A DNA stretch of 49,166 bases from Promethearchaeota archaeon (GTDB lineage: Archaea; Asgardarchaeota; Lokiarchaeia; Sigyniarchaeales; SOKP01), in NCBI GenBank assembly GCA_013375475.1, contig JABXKD010000017.1, forward strand, positions 1-49,166. The letters run 5' to 3'. Below are positions 27,425-36,640 of this stretch, in pieces; within the stretch, counting starts at the first letter, position 1; every line of letters starts with the position of its first letter. A program made the translations under genes and the position numbers. The notes below the pieces were generated by a model that worked only from the letters and a program-made list of their open reading frames with translations, had not been told where the DNA came from and made no database searches.

Positions 27425-28465
27425 ATGCCAAAAGAGGTCATCCTAGCGGTATCATATTTTGATACTACTCTCGGACCCACTACTTTACATTGTAGTTCCC
27501 CATTGAATACTCAGGATCATCCCGATTTAGGTAAAATTCTGGAATTCACTGAAGAAGGAACGTTTATATTTACTTTTAGAAAATTTCAAACAATAAATCA
27601 TATTTTTTATATTGACTCAAACCTTGCGCGAGGTGGAAAAGAATTCCTAATGATAACTTACATGATCAGAGCGGCTTACTTCAAAGACGAAATTACAGAT
27701 GTTTACAATTATTTGTTATCTAAAACTCCTGACCTCGAATCTTACGCTTTAGAGCTCAAAAATATTCGAGAAATTACAGAAGTATTACATAGTTATAAAA
27801 ATCATATAAATAAAAAAGAAACTCTTAGTGAAGCACCGAATAAATTTAAAAAACAATTCTTTAAGCTCTTCAACAAGTATCTAGAAAAAATGACCCCTCA
27901 TCTAGATTTATCTACTCATTTATTAGATAAAGGAAATTTAAAAAAGATTTATATTTTTGGTCCTAGAAACGCAGGAAAAACGGAACTCGTTAAAAACTTG
28001 GAGGTTATACAGTTCCTACAATATAAAAATAACAATATGAAGAGGGATTTATCTAGTAAAATTTACGACTTCATAATTGATAACATCGAAGTTTTGACCT
28101 ACGAATGTGTTGATGAGGGTCCAGATGGCGAAAAGACTAAAATGTATGAAGATTGTATAGATAACGCTCAAGGCTTTATTTTAATCTTTAATGCTTCCAG
28201 TAAAGATTCTTTTAAAGAAGCAATCGAAATGTTTCAGTTGGTATTAAATAGATGTCAAGATAAGGAGAATACCCTTCCAATACTTATTATTGGTAATAAT
28301 TTTCACGATAAAGAAGAAATAACGCCTGAGATGATACTTGAGAACTTCGATATGAACGAATTAGCTGAGTGCGGACTATTAATCCAATCTTATTCCATTA
28401 ATGTTCTTAGCGAAAATGAAAAAATTATTGAAGCTATTCGCTGGCTTTTAAAACAAATAATTTAG
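27425..28465 (+). CDS. Longin-like domain fused to a degenerate Ras-like GTPase
   Basis: N-terminal AVSYFDTTLGP; P-loop GPRNAGKT; AQGFILIFN....SF; PILIIGNN. Confidence 0.72.
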   Translation: MPKEVILAVSYFDTTLGPTTLHCSSPLNTQDHPDLGKILEFTEEGTFIFTFRKFQTINHIFYIDSNLARGGKEFLMITYMIRAAYFKDEITDVYNYLLSKTPDLESYALELKNIREITEVLHSYKNHINKKETLSEAPNKFKKQFFKLFNKYLEKMTPHLDLSTHLLDKGNLKKIYIFGPRNAGKTELVKNLEVIQFLQYKNNNMKRDLSSKIYDFIIDNIEVLTYECVDEGPDGEKTKMYEDCIDNAQGFILIFNASSKDSFKEAIEMFQLVLNRCQDKENTLPILIIGNNFHDKEEITPEMILENFDMNELAECGLLIQSYSINVLSENEKIIEAIRWLLKQII

Positions 28466-28529
28466 ACTAATGTTTCGTGCTTGAATTACTTTAAGAGCAA
28501 AAAAATATCAAATTATATTTTATTTTCTC

Positions 28530-28976
28530 TTATTCATAGGGAGACTTCCACTTTCTGAAATAAAGATCATACTTCTTTAGTAAGTCTTTAGGATCTAATT
28601 TACGATCTTCTTGAATAGCCTTCAATGCTTCAAGAAAAATTTCTGTTTGCATTATTTGAAATTCCTGACTTTTTAAATCGCTAGTTGTGAGATATCTATT
28701 ACCAATTTCGTTAGCTTTCAGGTGGTCCATCGTGTTAATATTATATATATCCATGAAATAACCGATTAAGAATGTACCAAGCAGCAGAATAGGAAAGAAA
28801 ATTATTAACATCCAAAAACTTATCTCAAAAGCTAACGATATCAAAGATATTGCACTAACCGTCGATACCGCAATGCTGTAATAGGATTGACCCATCTTTA
28901 GTCTTGACAACTGTCTTCCAATGAAGTATGCGCTCCTCACTCTTTTTATTACTTTAGATTTTTTTAAACTTAACAT
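28530..28976 (-). CDS. Hypothetical membrane protein (2 TM)
   Basis: 148 aa with two adjacent hydrophobic segments. Confidence 0.65.
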   Translation of the reverse strand: MLSLKKSKVIKRVRSAYFIGRQLSRLKMGQSYYSIAVSTVSAISLISLAFEISFWMLIIFFPILLLGTFLIGYFMDIYNINTMDHLKANEIGNRYLTTSDLKSQEFQIMQTEIFLEALKAIQEDRKLDPKDLLKKYDLYFRKWKSPYE

Positions 28977-29142
28977 AATATTATTTTAGAAGCTATTATT
29001 TTAATTTAGATAATATTGAAAATTTTGTATGATTTATAATAATTTTTCGCCTTAATTTGATTTGTTATGATATTTCTTTTCTAATTATTTATAGATTAGA
29101 ACCTAAACTTTTTTTATAGTAGGTAGATATGATATAAATATT

Positions 29143-29439
29143 ATGAGCAAAATGCAAGTTCCGATTATAATAACAAAAGAAGACTGTCACAGATGTCATG
29201 AGTTAGTTGGCTGGCTTAAAGAACACGATTTAGAATATATAGAGCGTGATATTGACGACGAGGAATTCACTCATAAGTTATTGCATGATGATAACTTTCT
29301 TAAAACTTTCTGTGACGCTGATGGATGTGTTGTAAATACTCCTGTTGTAATTATGAACGGGAAATATTGGTTTAAAGAGCTCTGGGGTATCTCCGGGCTT
29401 AGAGAAAAAGAAGCAAAGAAACTCTTTGGAGTTAAATAA
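29143..29439 (+). CDS. Glutaredoxin-like protein
   Basis: TKEDCHRC...YIERDI...NTPVVIMNG. Confidence 0.8.
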   Translation: MSKMQVPIIITKEDCHRCHELVGWLKEHDLEYIERDIDDEEFTHKLLHDDNFLKTFCDADGCVVNTPVVIMNGKYWFKELWGISGLREKEAKKLFGVK

Positions 29440-30048
29440 TTAGTTTTTATATTTTTTAAATTCTGCTAATCTTTTTACGACTTTTCTAATTGTTCTTAAT
29501 CCAGTTTCGTCGTTTTGAACGCCTTCCTTACCACTATCTCTGCTCCATAAAGAAGCACCTAAGTTAGCTCCAAACGCACCTCCAGAAACGGATATTATAT
29601 GATTTTGTTGATAAAAATCTAAAATGCTTCTAATGGCAATTTCCTGCCCTCCACTTCGATCTCCCCCTACCGCAAGAGCTATTCCATATTTATCCTTAAA
29701 TACATTAGGGTTTTTAGCAACTAATCCACGACAGCGATCTAGTACAGTTTTCAATTGTCCCGAAAGATTACCTTGAAATACGGGAGTACCTATGAGTAAA
29801 AATTTAGCTTCTTCCAATTTTAAATATAATTTCTGGACATCGTCTTCATTTATACATCCCTTTTTCTCTCTAATACAATAGTCGCAGTGCGTGCAATATT
29901 TGATATCTTTTCCTCTTACCGTCCAGAATTCTGTATTAAACCCAAACTTTTCTGAAGCGTAATCCAAAGCATATTCAACAGCATAAGCAGTTCCTTGTTT
30001 TCTGGGACTTCCACAGATTCCTAAAAGCAGATTCTTATTTTCCACCAT
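29440..30048 (-). CDS. Iron-sulfur flavoprotein (Isf; multimeric flavodoxin family)
   Basis: GSPRK.GT, CTHCDYC.....C, GTPVF.G, AVGGDRSGGQE. Confidence 0.9.
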   Translation of the reverse strand: MVENKNLLLGICGSPRKQGTAYAVEYALDYASEKFGFNTEFWTVRGKDIKYCTHCDYCIREKKGCINEDDVQKLYLKLEEAKFLLIGTPVFQGNLSGQLKTVLDRCRGLVAKNPNVFKDKYGIALAVGGDRSGGQEIAIRSILDFYQQNHIISVSGGAFGANLGASLWSRDSGKEGVQNDETGLRTIRKVVKRLAEFKKYKN

Positions 30049-30138
30049 AGTTACAATATAGCATATTTCTTTGTTTATTTATTATTTTTTATTTTAATTC
30101 TAAAAAATGTTTTATATTCTTGTTTATTACTATTTACG

Positions 30139-30792
30139 ATGGATTCACCCAAATCGAGTTTGGCAAGAATTAAAATTAAATTTCCAGACCAACTGTGGAT
30201 TTCGGAAATCTTTAAGAAGTTTCGTGATGTACGAATGGAAATTGAGCATTTTCTTCCTTATGATTTTGAAAACTCCATTGGAAATTCAATAATCGAAATT
30301 TTTCATCACAATATCGATCTAATAATAGAAGAAATAACGCACCATAAATCTGTAATTGAAATTAGCGTTTTGGAAAAAGAAGAGACGCGAGTAAAGTTTA
30401 ATGTGAAAACAAAGGATCCATTTTTATTATATGCTATAATCAACTGTGGCGTTCTAGTTAACTTTCCCGTGCGAGTAAGAGAAGGATACGCTTTCTGGAG
30501 GTTAGTATCAAGCAGGGAAAGAATAGATGACCTATTAAATCTTTTTGAACAGAAAGGTATCAATTATACACTCCTCAGAATTGGAACTTCTCCTTATAGT
30601 GTTGACGACGATAAGAATAAATTAACTCTAGACGAGTCAACAATCTTGAATAAAGCTATTTCTTCAGGATTTTTTGAAATTCCGAGAAAAATTTCTTTAG
30701 AGGAATTAGCTAACGAGTTAGGGAAGTCAAAGTCTGCTCTATCTGTTAATCTTAGGAAAATAATTAAAAAAAAAGTAATGTTCGAAATGTAA
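30139..30792 (+). CDS. HTH_10 (bacterio-opsin activator-type) transcriptional regulator
   Basis: C-terminal LT..E..IL..A...GFFEIPRKISLEELANELG.SKS.LS..LRK. Confidence 0.88.
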   Translation: MDSPKSSLARIKIKFPDQLWISEIFKKFRDVRMEIEHFLPYDFENSIGNSIIEIFHHNIDLIIEEITHHKSVIEISVLEKEETRVKFNVKTKDPFLLYAIINCGVLVNFPVRVREGYAFWRLVSSRERIDDLLNLFEQKGINYTLLRIGTSPYSVDDDKNKLTLDESTILNKAISSGFFEIPRKISLEELANELGKSKSALSVNLRKIIKKKVMFEM

Positions 30793-30805
30793 ATTTGACT
30801 AAATC

Positions 30806-31315
30806 TTAGGAAAAATCCTTAATTTGTTCTGCTAAAAATGCGGCTATTTTAGAAATATCAAAAGGCCATACATAGGAGAATTTAATTTTAGGACTTTTTT
30901 TTTTTGCTCGCTCAATAGCTTCTGGTATGTCTTTTTCAGAATGCTCACCTCCCTGAGTCATCATGGGAGTAACTACAACAATTTTATCTGGATTGCGTTT
31001 TATTGCCTCTTCGAAAGCATCGTCTAAAGATGGAGAACAAAATTCGTTAAACCCAACAACAACGCTATGACCCATCTGCTTTGAAAGCACAGCAGCTAAC
31101 TCCCTCGATGTGAAACTATATTGATCATTTTCTCGAGTTCGCGGCCATTTACGCATTTTACGATCTAATTCTCCGTATTGTTGTTGCATATTTGGAGGTG
31201 GTGGTCCTGGCATGTTTTCTAAACGAGAATGGAGCATAAAATAGTCGAGAGTTTCTTTTTGAGGAAAATCATTAGGTGGCATTCCATGCATTGCAAGAAC
31301 TATAACAACCTTCAT
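30806..31315 (-). CDS. CbiX/SirB-family chelatase (single domain)
   Basis: LAMHG, VGFNEFCSPSL, VTPMM..GGEHSEKDIP. Confidence 0.85.
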   Translation of the reverse strand: MKVVIVLAMHGMPPNDFPQKETLDYFMLHSRLENMPGPPPPNMQQQYGELDRKMRKWPRTRENDQYSFTSRELAAVLSKQMGHSVVVGFNEFCSPSLDDAFEEAIKRNPDKIVVVTPMMTQGGEHSEKDIPEAIERAKKKSPKIKFSYVWPFDISKIAAFLAEQIKDFS

Positions 31316-31338
31316 AATAGTATTGTTAATCTTTAACT

Positions 31339-31352
31339 TAAGTTTAAACTTA
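31339..31352. promoter_or_regulatory. Perfect 14-bp palindrome TAAGTTTAAACTTA at the expected TATA position of the chelatase gene
   Basis: Self-complementary; 24-37 bp upstream of the ATG at 31315. Confidence 0.35.
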
Positions 31353-31457
31353 TTAAAATTAAACCGTAAGGATGTGAATTAGTTCAACAAAAATAATATT
31401 TAATTAAAAGTGGTAAAAATGCTTAAATAATAAAAAATTAAAAAGAAAAAAATCGTT

Positions 31458-32243
31458 TTATAACCATTCTTCCTTTAGAAGATCCCCTTTAACTCCAATT
31501 ACAACGTACTTAATAGGGACTTTTCTGCTTGCGCGCTTAGCACCTTCTTGAGCTAAAGCTAGTAATCCAGAACAGCAAGGAACTTCCATGATAGCTACAG
31601 TAAGGGTATTAATCTTTGCATCGTCAATTAAACTCTTAATTTTTTCAATATAAACTTCTTTACCCTGGTCAAGTTTAGGACACGCAATTGCAATGGATTT
31701 GGACTTTATGAAATCTCTATGAAAATCTCCGTATGAATAACCAACACAATCAGCGGAAATTAAGACATCAGCACCTTGATAATATGGAGCAATCGGATTT
31801 ACTAGATGCATTTGAACTGGCCATTGTCGTAGGGTTGAGGATATTTTTCCCGTGGCTTCATTTTGAACAGTAGGTTCTTCAAAAACCATCGTTTGAGATG
31901 ATTGGCAACCGCATTGGTGTGAATGTTCAGCAACAATTTGCTTCACTTGTTCTATTTCTACTTCTTCTTTACTTTTCAAAGATTCTAATCGTTTCTCAAC
32001 AGCTTCTTCGTCGAATTCAGCAGCTTCTCTTTCAATTATTTCAAGAGCACCTGTAGGACATCCTTGGATACAAGCACCTAAACCATCACAGAATACCTCA
32101 TTTACGACTTTGGCTTTTCCGTCAACTAAAGCTAAAGCCGCTTCAGCACAATCAACGATACAATTGCCGCAACCTGTACAGAGTTCTTCGTCAATTTGAA
32201 TTATTTTTCTTACAACTTTATTTTGGTGTTCTATTTCAGTCAT
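31458..32243 (-). CDS. 4Fe-4S dicluster protein with a conserved Cys-rich C-terminal domain
   Basis: CTGCGNCIVDC and CDGLGACIQGCP; QWPVQ, ADC, ACPKLD, MEVPCC. Confidence 0.88.
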   Translation of the reverse strand: MTEIEHQNKVVRKIIQIDEELCTGCGNCIVDCAEAALALVDGKAKVVNEVFCDGLGACIQGCPTGALEIIEREAAEFDEEAVEKRLESLKSKEEVEIEQVKQIVAEHSHQCGCQSSQTMVFEEPTVQNEATGKISSTLRQWPVQMHLVNPIAPYYQGADVLISADCVGYSYGDFHRDFIKSKSIAIACPKLDQGKEVYIEKIKSLIDDAKINTLTVAIMEVPCCSGLLALAQEGAKRASRKVPIKYVVIGVKGDLLKEEWL

Positions 32244-32366
32244 ATTTAGATCAAATGGAGGTGATTATATATTTTTAATTTCGAACATGTTCTTTTCAGC
32301 TTGAATTGTTCTAATTTTCAGAATATAATAATAACGTTAAAATAAGAAAAAATAAGTATAAAAACT

Positions 32367-33716
32367 ATGAAAGTTGTAATCGTAGGGAATAATGTCGCTG
32401 GAACATTTACAGCTCAGAATATTAGATATCTTAATGAAGATGTTGATATTGAAATATATACTCAAGAAAGCTATCCTTATTACACACGAGTCAATTTACC
32501 CGAATTAATCCCTGAAAAAGTTCAAATTGATGATTTAATCGTTTTTAAAGATGACTGGTATAAGAATAATAATATAAAACTAAACCTTAACTGTAAAGTG
32601 ATCAAAATTGAACCCGATCAAAAAAATCTCTTTATAGAAGGCCAAAGCAATCCTATTTCTTACGATAAATTAGTATTAGCATTAGGTAGCGTCCCTAATA
32701 TCCCTCCCATAAAAAATGCAAGAGAAATGGTCGGAAAAGGTGTGTTTACATTAAGAACCATTGATGATGCTTTAGAAATCAAGGAATACATTCAAAATGT
32801 CAAAGCGAAAAAGGCTCTTATTATAGGAGGGGGGCTACTCGGATTAGAATTGGCTAACCAAATTAAAAACGCTAATTTAGATACTACGGTCGTTGAATTT
32901 TTTCCACGTTTATTACCAAGGCAGCTAGACGACGAATGTAGTGGCATGTTAAAGAATGAAATTGAATCTAAAGGTATTAATGTAGTTTTAAATGCAACAA
33001 CTGAAGAAATCATGGGTAATGGAGCTGTCACTGGAATTAAGTTAAAAGATGGACAAAGATTTGATGCTGATATTGTTTTAATCCAAGCGGGAATTAGAGC
33101 TACCATCGATCTTGCACAAAACTCCGGATTAGAAACCAATCGAGGCATCATAGTTGATGAATTCTTGGAGACAAGTAAAAAAAATATTTTTGCCGTAGGA
33201 GATTGCGTGGAATATAAAAATCAAACTTGGGGAATTATCCCAGCTTGCATGGAACAGTCAAAAATCGTCGCCGCATCTGTCTTGGGTTTAAAAAAGATAG
33301 AATACAAGGGAACTACACCAAAAAATACCTTAAAAATAGTAGGTATGGAATTAACTTCAATTGGAATTTTTGATCCCTCAAAAGAAGAAGGTGGGGGTTG
33401 GGACATTCTAAAAAGAGCAGATAAGAACGACTGTTGCTATCAGAAATTGATCTTGAAGGGTAATACTCTCAAAGGAGCTATCCTTTATGGAGACAACAAA
33501 GCTATGCCGTTTGTTTATAAAAAAATGGAGCAAGATGTTACCCGAGAAGAGCTTATGGATATTCTTGAGCTATATGTCTATATATGCTCTAATTGCGGAG
33601 CAGAATATGACGAGACAAAAAGGGAAATTCTATTCAAAGATTTACCTGATGATTGGAAATGTCCAAATTGTAAACACCCAAAAGAAGGTTTCAAAAAACA
33701 ACAACATAAAAAGTGA
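32367..33716 (+). CDS. NAD(P)H:rubredoxin oxidoreductase-like flavoprotein with a fused C-terminal rubredoxin
   Basis: FAD/NADH motifs YDKLVLA.GS, GGGLLGLE, IFAVGD; C-terminal CSNC...[13 protein letters not shown]. Confidence 0.9.
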   Translation: MKVVIVGNNVAGTFTAQNIRYLNEDVDIEIYTQESYPYYTRVNLPELIPEKVQIDDLIVFKDDWYKNNNIKLNLNCKVIKIEPDQKNLFIEGQSNPISYDKLVLALGSVPNIPPIKNAREMVGKGVFTLRTIDDALEIKEYIQNVKAKKALIIGGGLLGLELANQIKNANLDTTVVEFFPRLLPRQLDDECSGMLKNEIESKGINVVLNATTEEIMGNGAVTGIKLKDGQRFDADIVLIQAGIRATIDLAQNSGLETNRGIIVDEFLETSKKNIFAVGDCVEYKNQTWGIIPACMEQSKIVAASVLGLKKIEYKGTTPKNTLKIVGMELTSIGIFDPSKEEGGGWDILKRADKNDCCYQKLILKGNTLKGAILYGDNKAMPFVYKKMEQDVTREELMDILELYVYICSNCGAEYDETKREILFKDLPDDWKCPNCKHPKEGFKKQQHKK

Positions 33717-33721
33717 AGATT

Positions 33722-33868
33722 ATGACAATACACCGCTGTAAAAGATGTAATTACATATATATAGACGAAGAACATGAAGTTCCTTTTGAAAAGGTTGGTG
33801 ACGATTACAAATGCCCTAGGTGTCGCACTTCTAAGAACTTCTTCGTCAAAAAGCAATCTCCAAAATAA
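33722..33868 (+). CDS. Rubredoxin-like protein (48 aa)
   Basis: Hand-translated MTIHRCKRCNYIYIDEEHEVPFEKVGDDYKCPRCRTSKNFFVKKQSPK*; 5 bp after the upstream stop. Confidence 0.85.
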   Translation: MTIHRCKRCNYIYIDEEHEVPFEKVGDDYKCPRCRTSKNFFVKKQSPK

Positions 33869-33961
33869 GTTTAAAATCTATTGCTGGGATTTGAAAAAAT
33901 CTACTATTTTTTTAATCTATAATTATTTAATCAACTCATACCATTCTTAGGTTTGTTAAAT

Positions 33962-35584
33962 ATGGAATTTGAAATAATTATCAAAAATGGAAGAATAATA
34001 GATGGTACTGGAAATCCTTGGTATTCAAGTGAAATCGGAATCAAAGATGGAAAAATAGCTGAAATAAGTCCAAAGATAAAAAACGATGCTAAGAAAGTTA
34101 TAGATGCCAGTGGATTGATGATAAGTCCTGGATTCATAGATATCCACTCACATACTGATTGGATTTTACCAGGTAGCAGAGGTCAAGAATCTACTTTATA
34201 CCAAGGAGTAACAACAGCAGTGGTCGGAATGTGTGGAGAAGGAATGGCCCCAATTCCTGAGGGAAAGGAAGAAGATTTTCTTAAGTTAATTAGTAAAATC
34301 GACCCAATCCTTACTCAATTTGAGTTTCCTTATCATACATTCGCAGACTACCTAAACTATAACGAAAAGAAACGCAATTCTGCAAATTTAGTGTTTTTTG
34401 TAGGTTATGGCAATTTACAATGGGCTAGTGGTCAGAGTGGCGAAAATCGTCCTGCAAATCCAGAACAACTCCAAAAAATGAAGGATTATTTACGCGAAGC
34501 AATGGAAGCCGGAGCTTTTGGAATGAGTACGGGTTTGATCTATACACCTCAAGTGTTTGCAAAAACAGACGAAATAATTGATTTAACAAAAGTAGTTGCT
34601 GATTATAATGGATTGTATTTTTCTCACATCCGTGGTGAGGGAGCAACTGTTTTAAAAGCTGTAGGGGAAGCCATTGAAATTGTTGAGAAATCTGGTTGTG
34701 CAGGAGGGCAAATAGCTCATCACAAAATATCTGGCAAACCGTACTGGGGTAATAGTAAAGGCACTTTAAGGTTAATTGAAGAGGCTAACGAGCGAGGTAT
34801 AAATATAACATGTGATCAGTATCCTTATAATCGTGGCATGGCTGAACTTATGACAGCTCTGCCTCCATGGGTACGCGAAGGAAAAAATGAAGAAATATTA
34901 AACCGCATAAGGAAACCAGAAATTCAAGAAAGAATTAGAAAAGAAGTTAAAGAAGGTATTGAAGGATGGGAAAATTGGATTCGAGACGAGGGTTTTCAAA
35001 ACTTATTCCTCTCAACAGTTACCCGTGAAAATTGGAAAGACATAATTTCAAAGAATATCACAGAAATCACAAAAATTAAAGGTTTTTCAGATGATTTTGA
35101 AACTTTTTTTAATCTATTAATTGACAACGAATTAAGTGTCATGACAACGATACAAAGTATGGGAGAAGAGGATATTAGGAGAATCATGACAAACCGTTAT
35201 CAAATGGTCGGAACCGATGGTTCTGGACTTCCCGCTTCTTTTGGTGCTGGAGCTTATCATCCAAGATTTTTTGGTACGTACCCTAGAATACTGGGTAAAT
35301 ATGTCAGAGAAGAAAAAGTTTTGACCTTAGAGCAAGCGATTCGTAAAATGACATCGTTTCCAGCCCAACGACTTGGACTCCATGACAGAGGACTGATTAG
35401 AGAAGGAAATTGGGCTGATATAGTTATCTTTGATCCAGATAAGATAATTGATAAAGCAACCTATGAACAACCTTATCAAATTCCTGAAGGTGTTCCATTT
35501 GTTATTGTTAACGGCGTTATTGTCATCGATAGAGGTAAAAAGAATCGCAAATCTCCAGGAAGAGTGATTAGACGACCTAAGTAG
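33962..35584 (+). CDS. N-acyl-D-amino-acid deacylase (D-aminoacylase, amidohydrolase family)
   Basis: IIDGTG.P, PGFIDIHSH, STGLIY.P, SHIR.E, DQYPY, GTDG, HPR..GTYPR. Confidence 0.92.
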   Translation: MEFEIIIKNGRIIDGTGNPWYSSEIGIKDGKIAEISPKIKNDAKKVIDASGLMISPGFIDIHSHTDWILPGSRGQESTLYQGVTTAVVGMCGEGMAPIPEGKEEDFLKLISKIDPILTQFEFPYHTFADYLNYNEKKRNSANLVFFVGYGNLQWASGQSGENRPANPEQLQKMKDYLREAMEAGAFGMSTGLIYTPQVFAKTDEIIDLTKVVADYNGLYFSHIRGEGATVLKAVGEAIEIVEKSGCAGGQIAHHKISGKPYWGNSKGTLRLIEEANERGINITCDQYPYNRGMAELMTALPPWVREGKNEEILNRIRKPEIQERIRKEVKEGIEGWENWIRDEGFQNLFLSTVTRENWKDIISKNITEITKIKGFSDDFETFFNLLIDNELSVMTTIQSMGEEDIRRIMTNRYQMVGTDGSGLPASFGAGAYHPRFFGTYPRILGKYVREEKVLTLEQAIRKMTSFPAQRLGLHDRGLIREGNWADIVIFDPDKIIDKATYEQPYQIPEGVPFVIVNGVIVIDRGKKNRKSPGRVIRRPK

Positions 35585-35708
35585 GTTCTTTTTACATTAA
35601 TTTTTTTAATACTTAAATATATTCCTTAATCTCCATGTTAAATGGAATCTTCATTTTACTTACAATAACTTGGCAAAAACTTAATATTAATCAGGGATAA
35701 TCTTAAAT

Positions 35709-36029
35709 ATGGCATTTAAAGCTCTATTCATTGCACATGCACCTGATGCAGATTATAAAAAACATAGAACTGTAATTGATACTGGAATGTATACCTTGTA
35801 TTCTGTTGTTGTTAAAACCCAAGAAGAGGCACTACAAGTATCAAAAGAATATTGGCAAAACGAGTCTATAGAAGCTATTATGTTGTGCCCTGGATTCACG
35901 CATGGTGATGTTGCTGAAATTTTTAAAGCTGTAGATGGTAAAGTTAGTGTCAATGTAGCAAGAGGAGATGGCCCTAGTAGCAGAATTTCTATGGAAGCGT
36001 TGAAAAAAGCAGGATATTTTCCTTCATAA
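35709..36029 (+). CDS. Conserved hypothetical protein (DUF6506-like)
   Basis: FKALFI..APDAD....R...AI.LCPGF motif. Confidence 0.7.
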   Translation: MAFKALFIAHAPDADYKKHRTVIDTGMYTLYSVVVKTQEEALQVSKEYWQNESIEAIMLCPGFTHGDVAEIFKAVDGKVSVNVARGDGPSSRISMEALKKAGYFPS

Positions 36030-36318
36030 TTCTATTAGTTCCATCCGATAATTCTTCTTAAAAATATTAAATCTCAGATCTCTATTTTAAACACCCACGC
36101 ATCTTCACATGGTTTTTTATTTGAAAGGTCTAGAGCTTTTTGTATTTATAGTTAAACTCAATTTAAAAAATTAAGTTGAAAAATTTTTGAGCAACCCAAG
36201 TATATGAACTTTATAACCTAAAGAAATTAAATTTATTAAAAATAAAAGAAAGATAAAGATTATTATACATTTATTTATAAAATCCTAAACAAACAAATCA
36301 AAATAAAGGTAGGTTATT

Positions 36319-36453
36319 GTGGCTAAATGGGAATGTGGTGCTTGCGGTTATGTTTACGACGAAGAGAAAGAAGATACCAAATTTAAAGATCTTCCTGACG
36401 ATTGGGTATGCCCAGTCTGCGGAGTTGATAAGAGTTTTTTCACGCAAATCTAA
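36319..36453 (+). CDS. Rubredoxin (44 aa)
   Basis: GTG start after AGGTAGGT; [44 protein letters not shown]. Confidence 0.93.
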   Translation: MAKWECGACGYVYDEEKEDTKFKDLPDDWVCPVCGVDKSFFTQI

Positions 36454-36469
36454 GAATCACCTAAATTAA

Positions 36470-36499
36470 TTTTAATTTTATTTTTTTCTTCCTTTTTTC
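36470..36499 (+). terminator. Oligo-T tract after rubredoxin (archaeal-type terminator candidate)
   Basis: Several T runs immediately after the stop codon. Confidence 0.3.
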
Positions 36500-36640
36500 A
36501 TGAGATTTAATGAATGGACTCATTTTCGACTCAACTAGTTGTGAAGAATTTATAGGATATATAAATTAACTTTAAAATAACTTTTAAGTTCTAATAACAT
36601 AATTAACAATATTCTATTAATAAATAAAAGGGAGAAGATA

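Noticed and set aside
18822-33716. Possible selenocysteine (UGA) read-through in redox genes, since Lokiarchaeia encode selenoproteins
   Set aside because: The catalytic motifs I checked use Cys codons. The TGA stops (18822, 19873, 21246, 33716) fall at natural protein ends, not within redox motifs.
36030-36170. Possible minus-strand gene remnant (IQKALDLSNKKPCEDAWVFKIEI)
   Set aside because: No start codon, too short, and no recognisable family.
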